Origin: an uncultured archaeon
GTDB lineage: Archaea > Thermoplasmatota > Poseidoniia > MGIII > CAYLMJ01
Length of the DNA stretch: 64,000 nucleotides
Reading direction: 5' to 3'
Assembly (NCBI GenBank): GCA_964384995.1
Contig: CAYLMJ010000001.1
Span: 100,408-164,407 of the forward strand
Positions 1 through 8,243 of the stretch are shown here, one piece after another. Both the position numbers and the translations under genes were made by a program. A model generated the notes under the pieces. It was not told the DNA's origin and did no database searches. It was given only the letters and a program-made list of their open reading frames with translations. The number at the start of each line of letters is the position of its first letter. The stretch's first letter is position 1.

Positions 1-1675
1 TGGGGGGGTTGTTCTGGACCTCGATGGGATCCACGCTGTCCAGCCATTCGCTGACCCCGCCTGCCGTGTCGGTGAGGCGTACCCGGAACTCGTAGTCGCC
101 CATGGTGGCGCTGATGGGGGGATCGAAATCGACCTGCCAGTGGCCACCGGAGTAGCTGGGGGTGCCCAGGTAGAGGTCCTGGTAGCGATCGAACAGGTGG
201 ACCCGCTTGTTGACGTTGCCATCCACCACGATGGCGCCCTGGTCGGCGACGGCCGTGCAGTAGATGGTGGCGCCGCTGTCGTAGCTGAACAGGGGTGTGG
301 AGGAGGCCCGGCTGAAGAGATAGAGCGAATAGTCCTCGGAACCGGCCGAGATGTAGTGGCCGTCGCTGGAGATGCGAACCCCGCGCACCGTCCCGCCGGT
401 GCTGCGGCTCCACTGGGGAGTGGCGCTGTCCCGCTTGTAGAAGTAGACGCTGTTGTCGCTGGAGCCCGCGGCAAGGTACCAGCCGTCGGCCGAGATGGAG
501 ACCGAGGTGACGTCGCCGCCGGTGGTGTCGGACCACTGGGGAGTGGCGCTGTTCTTGTTGAAGAGGTAGACGGCGTCGTCGTTGGAACCGGCCACGATGT
601 AGGTGCCGGTGCCGGAGATGGCCACTGAATTGATGTCCTCGCCGGTGGCCGATTGCCACTCCTTTGAACCTGAGGAGGTCTCTAAAAGATAGACCTCGTT
701 GTCGGTGGAACCGCCCACGACGTACTCGCCGTCGGCGGAGATGGCCACGGTCATCACGGGACCTCCGGTGGAGAAATCCCACTCGGGGGTCGAGGAACTG
801 CGGTCGAAGAGGTAGATCTTCCCATCCATGCTGCCCGCGGCCAGATACTCGCCCCGGGCCGAGAGGGCCAGGGCCCGAACATCACCGCCGGTGGTGTAGT
901 TCCACAGGGGGGTGGAGGAGCCCTGTTCAAAGAAGTAGACCTTGCCACCCTTCTCGCCCGCGGCCAGGAACTGACCATCCCGGGAGATGGCCACGCTGTA
1001 GATGAAATCGTCGGTGTCGAACTCCCAGAACGGGGAGTTGCTGTCACGATGGTAGAGGCTGACCTTATCATCGATGGCGCCCACGACGATGTAATTCCCG
1101 TTGGCCGACATGTCCATGGAGAATACCGCCCCATCCATGGCCTCGGTCCAGGTGGGCGACTGGGTGTTGGGGGGCAGGTAGGCGAACTGGGGTGTCAGGT
1201 CGTCCTCGTCATCCTGAAGATCACTGCCATCGGCGGTGATGGTCACTGTACCACCCCGGTAGACCTCGGTGGCACCGGGATCCAGACTGTCAACATCGGG
1301 CACGTCGTTGGCCTGGATGGTGAGGCTGGTGGTGTCAGGATCGCTCCACTGGCCCTGATCGTCCATGACCTCCAACGAGATGGTGTGGCTGTCCACGGTC
1401 AATCCCGTGAAATCGAAGGAGGCCCTGCCCGAGAGCAGGCCGTCCACATCGGAGGTCCAGCGGTAGGCCTCGATGGTGCCGTCATCATCACCATGGCCGG
1501 AGAAGGAAACGGTCTCGGTCTCGTAGGCCGGATCGGGGGTTATATCGTCGATGGTGGCCGTGGGAGGGTCATCGGCCGCGGTGGCCAGGCTGAGTATCAG
1601 GAGCAGGCTCAGGCACGTCAGTGCCGCCCCCACGACGACCCGCAGGCCGTTCAGGGGGTTCAACGAATTGTCCAT
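1..1675 (-). CDS. Secreted WD40/PQQ-like beta-propeller protein with N-terminal PKD-like domain (partial, runs off the left edge)
   Basis: Translated by hand (absent from the ORF track). ATG at 1675 gives MDNSLNPLNGLRVVVGAALTCLSLLLILSLATAADDPPTATIDDITPDPAYETETVSFSGHGDDDGTIEAYRWTSD (signal peptide, then PKD-like). About 6 repeats of the type V.S(V/L)AIS.DG.YL.AGS.D..VYLF....S.TP.W follow. The frame is open to the window edge and starts 4 nt after the stop of the upstream gene. Confidence 0.85.
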   Translation of the reverse strand, partial: MDNSLNPLNGLRVVVGAALTCLSLLLILSLATAADDPPTATIDDITPDPAYETETVSFSGHGDDDGTIEAYRWTSDVDGLLSGRASFDFTGLTVDSHTISLEVMDDQGQWSDPDTTSLTIQANDVPDVDSLDPGATEVYRGGTVTITADGSDLQDDEDDLTPQFAYLPPNTQSPTWTEAMDGAVFSMDMSANGNYIVVGAIDDKVSLYHRDSNSPFWEFDTDDFIYSVAISRDGQFLAAGEKGGKVYFFEQGSSTPLWNYTTGGDVRALALSARGEYLAAGSMDGKIYLFDRSSSTPEWDFSTGGPVMTVAISADGEYVVGGSTDNEVYLLETSSGSKEWQSATGEDINSVAISGTGTYIVAGSNDDAVYLFNKNSATPQWSDTTGGDVTSVSISADGWYLAAGSSDNSVYFYKRDSATPQWSRSTGGTVRGVRISSDGHYISAGSEDYSLYLFSRASSTPLFSYDSGATIYCTAVADQGAIVVDGNVNKRVHLFDRYQDLYLGTPSYSGGHWQVDFDPPISATMGDYEFRVRLTDTAGGVSEWLDSVDPIEVQNNPP

Positions 1676-1678
1676 TGG

Positions 1679-4600
1679 TCAAGACTCCAACTTGAGTTTG
1701 GTGGAACATGAGGGGCAGGAGATGAGCAGGGGCCGTTCGGCCGAGGTCACCTTGAGCTTGGTCTGGCAGGCGGGACAGGGGAGGGTCACCGGAGCCGGCA
1801 GCTGTTCTGGGGGCCCATCGGTCCCTCCCGGGTCGGGCGGGCCTTCAGGCGCCCCACCATCGGGCGGGGGCGCGCCGGGAGCCGCCGGGGATGAGGGTGA
1901 TGAGGGAGCGGCGGGATCGGGTTTCGAGCCAGGGGTCGATGGGAGCGCGCCGGGGCTGGCTCCGCCAGCATCGGCTCCGGCCGTGGGAGCGGTCTTGCGC
2001 ATGAAGAGGAAGCCGCCGACGCCCATGCCGGCGATGAGGGCCACCAGAACGCCGTAGAACCAGACCGGGATGCCGCTGTCATCATCGTTGAGCTCCACAT
2101 TGCCATGGATCTGCACCCCGGTGTACGTGCGGTCGTTGTTGGGATTGGCATACTGGCTCTCGGGGGGCTGGATCTCCTCCAGCCGGACCTCGAAGTTGTA
2201 TACGCCGTCGAAGTTCCGGGGCACGTCCCATTCCAGGTCCATCCGAGAGGTGTCCTGGGCGTTGACCTGGAAGTCGTAGGTCATGGTGGGGATGCTCCCG
2301 GGCAGGGTGTTCACCAGATAGACGTACAGCTCGACGACCCCCTGGGCGGCGGAACCGCCGCCATTGTAGATGGTCACCTCGATGGTGGTGGTCTTGCCCC
2401 CCTCCAGCTCATCTTCCACCTCCAGGTCGTCGATCTCCAGGTCTGGGGGCGGGTCCACCCTCAGGTCCTTGCTCTGCTCGGTGTACTCCAGGGTGTTGGG
2501 ATCCCACTTGTCCTTGAACTCGATGGACACCGGCTTGATCAGGTAAATGCGGGCGTCCACGATGTAATCCCCCTCCAGCTCGTTGGAGAAAATGGAGCTG
2601 ACGGGATCGAACGACACCTCCCCGGTGAGGGTCAGGGTGTCGCCCTCCTGGGTGAAGGAGCGGCCGGAAGCGCTGATGGGGGTGGCCTTCAGGGGCGAGT
2701 CACTGCGGGAGACGATGAGCTGGGTGGAGGCGGTGACCTGGATGTCACCCCGGTACTCCCAGGTCATGGTGAAGGTGGCCTCTGTGCCCTCGGACACCAC
2801 CGAGGGGTCCCAGGAGAGGTTGGTGCAGATGAAGAAGGGCAGTTTGCGCACATCGACGTCGATGGTGCTCTCCTCGGTCTGCTTGATGTCGGTCTCCTTG
2901 GCCACGAGGGTCAGCTGGTCGACCTGGGTCACGTTCCAGGTGAAGATGTGCTCGTTCTCGTCCTCCAGCTCCACCGGCAGGATGTACTCTCCCACCAGCT
3001 CGCCGCTCTTGGACCTCTCGTAAAGCCTCAGACGCACCTCGGCATCCCGATCGCCGCTGTTGGAAATGGCCACCCTGATGTCGGCGGTGTCACCCTCGAG
3101 AGCCTCCTCGGTGACCTCGAAGATGGAGATGGCGATATTGGGACTGGTGGGGGTGATGGTGATGTCGGTGTTGACCTTGAAATCGCTGGCCTGGGGGTCC
3201 AGGTCGGGTGGATCTGAACTGGATATCTGGGCGTAGACGTTGTACTCGCCGTCGGGGATGTCGTTCCACTTCACCGAATGGGTGGAGGCCTCCGAATCCA
3301 CCGGCAGGTCCTCGATGAACAGGTCGGCGATGGTGTTGGTGAGGTTGGCGTCCTGGGGCTTGCCCTTCTCGGCGGCCCAGAACTTGATGGACAGGTCCGT
3401 GGCGCCGGTACCGGTGTTGGCCACGTCCACCAGCACATCGATGTCGTGACCCTCGAGGGGTTGACCGGTGGTGCGCAGGTTGGTCAGCTTCAGGTCGGCC
3501 ACGGCGGTGTCCAGGAAGAGTGAGTGGAAGCGCACCGCGCCTTGCGAGCTGCCCCAGACGGCAATGGGGGCCACGGCGATATCCTCCTCGGTGTTGTTCA
3601 CCAGGTAGTTCAGCGTCTTCTTGATGTGGGTGTTGGTGATGAGCAGGGAGACATCGTAGGTGATGGACATCTCGTTGAGCAGGATGCGGCCCTCGCTGGA
3701 GGAGGTGGCCTCGATGGTCAGCTCCACCATCTCGATGCCCCACTTGTCGGGCTGTCTCACATTGCCTCCGCCCAGGGCGTCGTTGAGGGCCTTCTTTAAG
3801 GACTTGGTGGAATAGCCGTCCTGGGCCGACCAGGTCTTGGGGGAGTTGGTGCGGTTCATCTCGCCGGTGAGGCTCCACTCGTAGGTGCCGTCGCCGCCGA
3901 TATCGATGGCCGGGTCGTGGGGATAGGAGGTGGCCTTGGTCATGCGGGTCCAGATCTGCTGGTGGTTCGATTTGGAATCCCGATCGGACCAGGTCATCAT
4001 GGCGTTGCCATTGGCGGTCATCCCCGAGTACATGCTGTAGGCGTTGGTGTTGTCCTTGTTGTCGGAAAGCAACTGACCGTGCTCCCAGTTCAGACCGTAA
4101 TCGGGGGAGAAGGCCATGAAGACATCGTACTGGGGCTGGGGATCGCCGGTGTACCTGAACAGGTAGGTGACGTAGAGCAGGCCATCGTCGCTGATCAGGG
4201 AAGGATAATAGACATAGTAGTAGTAGTCCCCTGAGACATCCATCTCCTGGGAGAGCTTGATGGGGTCATCCCAGGTCTCTCCAAGGTCGCCCGAGCGCAT
4301 GAAGACCACGTCGTTGGAGGTGTCACTGCTGTCCTCCAGACCCACCCACACCACGTAGATATCGGAGCCATCCACGGTGAACTGGGGATAGGTCACCGTT
4401 TCTTCGGTTGGCATCTGCTCGCGCTCAGAGAAGCTGTGGCCCCCATCGGTGGAGACGATGTAATTGGCCCTGGAGGAGTAGACCCAGCCGACCACGATGT
4501 TCTGACCCGACACCGATGTGGAGATGTAGGAGGCCGAGGTTTCGGCGTCGGCTTCGCTCCTCAAGGGTTCGGGATCGGTCCAGGAGGCCCCCTGATCGGT

Positions 4601-6841
4601 GGAACGCATAAGGTAGACCTGGTACTCCAGGGACCTGGATTTGTAGAAGAAGAAATAGAGCTCGTCATCCTCAAAGACCAGGTTGGGGTACTGGAGGGCC
4701 GAATCGTTGGCGTAGATCATCTCGGCGTCGTTCCAGCTCGCACCCTTGTCGTCCGATGTGCGAAGCCAGTACTGGTAGCGGTCATCCTGGGTGTAGTTGT
4801 AGTTGTTGTATTCGTGCCAGAGGGCATAGACATTGCCGCTGTCATCGGTCACGATGGAGGGCATGTAGGTGTAGGTGTAGTAGTTGTAGGCGTGACCCAC
4901 CCGCTGGGTCAGGACCATGTGATCGGTCCAGGTCTCACCCTCATCGGTGGACCGGGCGAAGAACCAATCGCCGTTGGTGCGGGTGCTCAGGTAGTTGCCG
5001 TTGCCGGTGAGATCGCCGCCGTCCCAGTAGACCAGGTAGAAGGTGCCGTCGTCGGCCAGGTAGACCCGAGGAGTGTAGGAATCGCCCTCGAAGAACCCGT
5101 CGGAGGCCACCAGGGTGTTGTTCCAGCTGGCACCCTCGTTCAGACTCTCCCGGACCCAGATATCGGGATCGGGGCCGATGCGCTCGCTGACACCGGGCAA
5201 TCGCACATCGTAGTCGTCGGTCCAGGTGACCAGCAGATCTCCCGAAGAGGGTGATATATCCAGTCTGACCCTTTCCCGGCCGGTGGAATAGGTATCCTCA
5301 TGGATCCGCTCGGCATCGCCAAAGGTGTTGCCGGTGTTGTCCGAGATCCTCAGCCACACATCGTCCTCCTGCCTGCTGCTCCGGTCCTGGGAGGACCAGG
5401 CCACGTAGACAAAGCTGCCATAGGCGGCGATATCGGGATAGGTGGGATAGTACTCCTCGTTGGTATCGGAGAGGGTCTGCTCGGCCTGCCAGTTGGAGCC
5501 GCCATTGGTGGAGCGGCGGTACTGGATGGTGTAGTTGAAGTCGACATTGTCGTACTCGTACCAGGTCACGAAGACGTTGCTGCCGCTGGAGGCCGCCACC
5601 TTGGGCTGATAGGCCGCGAAGGCCGAGGTGGATATGACCCGGGTGTTGGACCAGCTGTTGCCTCCGTTGGAGCTGGAACGCAGGACCACGTCGTAATCGA
5701 TGGTGTTGTCGTTGTCGAAGTTGCCGTTGTCGTACCAGGCCACGAAGATGGTGGAACCCCCCAGCGATATGTCGGGATACTGGGAGTACTGGTAGTCATC
5801 GGGGTCGGCCTTGTCGGTGGGCGATATCATGTGGATGTTGCCCCAGTTCTCGCCCCAGTCCTGGGAGGCCCGGAAGAAGATATCGTAGTTGTAATCGCCG
5901 CTGTTGTTCCAGTAGGAGTGCCACGAGGCGTAGACATTGGTGCCGCTGGCCTCGAGGGTGGGATAGTAGGGGGTGTTGGCGTAGTCGTACTCGCCGGCGA
6001 TGTTCTTGTGCTCGCTCCAGGTATCCCCGTTATCCAAGGAGCGGGTGAAGTCGATGGTGTAGTACCAGCTGCCATTGTAGTAATGACGGTCCTTCCAGGC
6101 CACGTAGACGTTGTCACCGGAAACGGCTATCGCGGGGGGATAGTTGTTGCTCATGTTTGACATGGAGATGATATCGGTCCCGCGCCATTTGGAACCGTCC
6201 CAGCGATTGTAGAATATCTGGTACAGGTTGGAGCCGGTGCGGAAGAGGTCGCCGTTGTCGGTCCAGACCACGTGGATGTTGCCGCTGGCGTCCTTGGCGG
6301 TCTGGGAGTAGCGGGAGTAGGAGCCCTGATTGGTGCTCACAGAGGCGGTGACCCCGTCCTCCAGGTCATCGGTCCCAGCGGGGCGGCCCGAGATGTCCAC
6401 TGTGGCGTCGGTGATGGTGGCGCCCTTGGGGATGAGCAGGGTGGTGGAATCGGGATCGCCGCTGTCGTCGCCGAAGGCGAAGCTGTGGGTGGTGCGGCTG
6501 GAAGCGAAGCGGGTCTGCTCGCCGAAGGCTCCGTAGCCGTTGCCCTCGTAGGCCCAGTCGATCTTATCGTTGTTGCGCACATCGATCCAGACCTTGTCCG
6601 AGTACTCCCCGTCGTCGTCCTCAGGCGAGACCAGGAAGGAGACGTCCAGGACCTCGTCGGCCGGGAAATCGATGCTGGCGTTGTAATCGACATGGTAGGG
6701 AGGCAGGCCCACGGTCACCGAGCTAACCGGCGATTCATCGAAAGTGAACTTGGTGGTGGGGGTATCGGCCCGGGCCGCAAGGCTCACGGGCAACAGGAAG
6801 CAGATAGCCAGCACAAGGGCTACGATCTTTGCCGAACGCAC
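1679..6841 (-). CDS. Giant surface protein: 12 Asp-box/BNR repeats (probably two beta-propellers), CARDB/Ig-like domains, C-terminal TM anchor, Pro-rich linker, terminal Zn ribbon
   Basis: ORF 1679..6886. The likely start is GTG at 6841, because GGTGA lies at 6847-6851 and a TATA box sits directly against the 6886 ATG. Asp-boxes: SLDNGDTW, SQDWGENW, SSNGGNSW, STNGGSNW, SDNTGNTF, SLNEGASW, STDEGETW, SDDKGASW, STDQGASW, STDGGHSF, SGDLGETW, SPDYGLNW. CARDB-like PDLEIDDLEV...VTIYNGG; TM WFYGVLVALIAGMGVGGFLFMRK; tail CPACQ..CPSCS. Confidence 0.88.
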   Translation of the reverse strand: MRSAKIVALVLAICFLLPVSLAARADTPTTKFTFDESPVSSVTVGLPPYHVDYNASIDFPADEVLDVSFLVSPEDDDGEYSDKVWIDVRNNDKIDWAYEGNGYGAFGEQTRFASSRTTHSFAFGDDSGDPDSTTLLIPKGATITDATVDISGRPAGTDDLEDGVTASVSTNQGSYSRYSQTAKDASGNIHVVWTDNGDLFRTGSNLYQIFYNRWDGSKWRGTDIISMSNMSNNYPPAIAVSGDNVYVAWKDRHYYNGSWYYTIDFTRSLDNGDTWSEHKNIAGEYDYANTPYYPTLEASGTNVYASWHSYWNNSGDYNYDIFFRASQDWGENWGNIHMISPTDKADPDDYQYSQYPDISLGGSTIFVAWYDNGNFDNDNTIDYDVVLRSSSNGGNSWSNTRVISTSAFAAYQPKVAASSGSNVFVTWYEYDNVDFNYTIQYRRSTNGGSNWQAEQTLSDTNEEYYPTYPDIAAYGSFVYVAWSSQDRSSRQEDDVWLRISDNTGNTFGDAERIHEDTYSTGRERVRLDISPSSGDLLVTWTDDYDVRLPGVSERIGPDPDIWVRESLNEGASWNNTLVASDGFFEGDSYTPRVYLADDGTFYLVYWDGGDLTGNGNYLSTRTNGDWFFARSTDEGETWTDHMVLTQRVGHAYNYYTYTYMPSIVTDDSGNVYALWHEYNNYNYTQDDRYQYWLRTSDDKGASWNDAEMIYANDSALQYPNLVFEDDELYFFFYKSRSLEYQVYLMRSTDQGASWTDPEPLRSEADAETSASYISTSVSGQNIVVGWVYSSRANYIVSTDGGHSFSEREQMPTEETVTYPQFTVDGSDIYVVWVGLEDSSDTSNDVVFMRSGDLGETWDDPIKLSQEMDVSGDYYYYVYYPSLISDDGLLYVTYLFRYTGDPQPQYDVFMAFSPDYGLNWEHGQLLSDNKDNTNAYSMYSGMTANGNAMMTWSDRDSKSNHQQIWTRMTKATSYPHDPAIDIGGDGTYEWSLTGEMNRTNSPKTWSAQDGYSTKSLKKALNDALGGGNVRQPDKWGIEMVELTIEATSSSEGRILLNEMSITYDVSLLITNTHIKKTLNYLVNNTEEDIAVAPIAVWGSSQGAVRFHSLFLDTAVADLKLTNLRTTGQPLEGHDIDVLVDVANTGTGATDLSIKFWAAEKGKPQDANLTNTIADLFIEDLPVDSEASTHSVKWNDIPDGEYNVYAQISSSDPPDLDPQASDFKVNTDITITPTSPNIAISIFEVTEEALEGDTADIRVAISNSGDRDAEVRLRLYERSKSGELVGEYILPVELEDENEHIFTWNVTQVDQLTLVAKETDIKQTEESTIDVDVRKLPFFICTNLSWDPSVVSEGTEATFTMTWEYRGDIQVTASTQLIVSRSDSPLKATPISASGRSFTQEGDTLTLTGEVSFDPVSSIFSNELEGDYIVDARIYLIKPVSIEFKDKWDPNTLEYTEQSKDLRVDPPPDLEIDDLEVEDELEGGKTTTIEVTIYNGGGSAAQGVVELYVYLVNTLPGSIPTMTYDFQVNAQDTSRMDLEWDVPRNFDGVYNFEVRLEEIQPPESQYANPNNDRTYTGVQIHGNVELNDDDSGIPVWFYGVLVALIAGMGVGGFLFMRKTAPTAGADAGGASPGALPSTPGSKPDPAAPSSPSSPAAPGAPPPDGGAPEGPPDPGGTDGPPEQLPAPVTLPCPACQTKLKVTSAERPLLISCPSCSTKLKLES

Positions 6842-6886
6842 AGATATCACCGACTGTAAATCGTCACCTTTGCTATCCGGCGACAT

Positions 6887-6894
6887 TATATAAA
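6887..6894 (-). promoter_or_regulatory. Archaeal TATA box (TTTATATA) for the Asp-box surface protein operon
   Basis: Minus-strand TTTATATA about 45 nt upstream of GTG 6841, an AT-rich island in GC-rich DNA. Confidence 0.7.
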
Positions 6895-6901
6895 TTTACC
6901 T

Positions 6902-6920
6902 TGGTACCTGTAAGGTACCA
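6902..6920. promoter_or_regulatory. Perfect inverted repeat TGGTACCT-GTA-AGGTACCA, candidate operator
   Basis: 8-bp arms with a 3-nt spacer, immediately upstream of the TATA/BRE region, between divergent genes. Confidence 0.5.
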
Positions 6921-7056
6921 GTTCCGCTTATATCCTTATCCTTAATCTTGTCAACGGGTCGGGTTATCATACCAAAATCGAGGGCCTTCATGTCGATATA
7001 GCGGCCGGCCAATGGGTTTCAGCCATATAGCAACCTTCAGGAGGGAGCGGACCCGC

Positions 7057-7064
7057 TTTTATAT
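7057..7064 (+). promoter_or_regulatory. TATA box (TTTTATAT) for the COG4860 regulator operon
   Basis: Ends about 30 nt before ATG 7095, consistent with a near-leaderless archaeal transcript. Confidence 0.6.
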
Positions 7065-7094
7065 CCCTTGACGCCTATTACCCCCACGACCCCA

Positions 7095-7592
7095 ATGAAC
7101 CGCGTCAAGATCATTTCTGATGCAGCCGACCTGGTATCCCTGTTGCGGGCCGTGGACTCCCCGGCCAAACGGGAGGTCTTCACGGCCTTTCTGAAGGATT
7201 GGATAACCCGCAGTGAGATCCAGGAGCGATTCGGTGACGATGGCATCGCCGCCATCAATCTGTTCGAGAAGCTCAAGTTCGTCGAGACCAAGTGGGAACC
7301 CACCGGGGTGAAGGTCGAGAAGGCCTATCGCTCCTACTACCAATCCTTTCATCTCAACACCACCATCAGCTTCGCCGAGGCCCAGGAACTGCTGTGGGTG
7401 GCCATCATGCCCCCCGCCGAATACGACCCCATCGAGGAGAAGCTCCTGGAGCTCGTTGGCGACAAGGGCTGTTTCTCGGGTGATGTGGCCAAGAACATGG
7501 AGGTCTCATCGCTGACCCTGAAGGGTCTGGTGAAACGCTCGGCCAAGATGGAATTCAAGGGCCACAACATCGTACCCACCAACTTCAACTGA
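7095..7592 (+). CDS. Archaeal ArsR-like DNA-binding protein (COG4860 type)
   Basis: MNRVKIISDAADLVSLLRAVDSPAKREVF...LFEKLKFVETKW...EKAYRSYYQSFHLN...LKGLVKRS resembles the euryarchaeal COG4860 family. Start moved from 7068 to the ATG at 7095. Confidence 0.75.
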   Translation: MNRVKIISDAADLVSLLRAVDSPAKREVFTAFLKDWITRSEIQERFGDDGIAAINLFEKLKFVETKWEPTGVKVEKAYRSYYQSFHLNTTISFAEAQELLWVAIMPPAEYDPIEEKLLELVGDKGCFSGDVAKNMEVSSLTLKGLVKRSAKMEFKGHNIVPTNFN

Positions 7593-7594
7593 CC

Positions 7595-8221
7595 ATGTCC
7601 GTCCTACCAGATATCGACCGCAGCCTCCCCGACCAGCAGGACGAGGGTCCCACCAAGGTCACCGGCACGCCGGTATCGGCCGATGACCCCGGTCCCGATG
7701 AGGGCGCCAAGGCCTCCCAGCCCAGCGAACCCCCCAGGGTGAGGACCCGCATCACGAGCCCGGCATCCCGCCCGCCCGCACCCAGGGCCGGCGCCGACAG
7801 CCCCTCCCAGGCCGATGACGAGGAGCTGGTCCCATCGTCCTCCTCGCGCAAGGCTCCCTTCTTCTCCGAGCTCCACCCCGAGCATCTGGCGCCCCTGGCC
7901 GGACTGTTCATGGTGGCCTTCTTCTTCTTCATCTCACTTTTCGTGTGGTCCGAGACCGACGACCGCAACGCCCTGCTGAGCTACATCGTGCTGGGCTCAC
8001 TCCTGGGGGCCGGGGCCGCGTGGTTCTGGCTCAAGGCCGACCGCCTGGACCGGGTGCAGGCCAATTTCCTGGCGGCCATCCTGGGAGGCATGAGCCTGGT
8101 GGTGCTCTACCTGGGAGCCAACGAGTTCGGCGGTGATGTCTGGAGGGTCCTGGTGGCGGTGGTCCTGGCCACCCTGGCGACCGTCTGCTTCCTGCTGGCC
8201 GGTGTGGTAAAGAGACTTTAG
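7595..8221 (+). CDS. Hypothetical membrane protein (disordered Pro/Ser/Asp N-terminus, 4 TM helices)
   Basis: Typical codon usage, 2 nt after the upstream stop, four hydrophobic segments in the C-terminal half. Confidence 0.8.
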   Translation: MSVLPDIDRSLPDQQDEGPTKVTGTPVSADDPGPDEGAKASQPSEPPRVRTRITSPASRPPAPRAGADSPSQADDEELVPSSSSRKAPFFSELHPEHLAPLAGLFMVAFFFFISLFVWSETDDRNALLSYIVLGSLLGAGAAWFWLKADRLDRVQANFLAAILGGMSLVVLYLGANEFGGDVWRVLVAVVLATLATVCFLLAGVVKRL

Positions 8222-8243
8222 GGAGTAGCCCCTACGGTCGGCC

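Noticed and set aside
1679-6841. Annotation as an active sialidase
   Set aside because: Asp-boxes alone are not diagnostic, and no (F/Y)RIP motif was seen.
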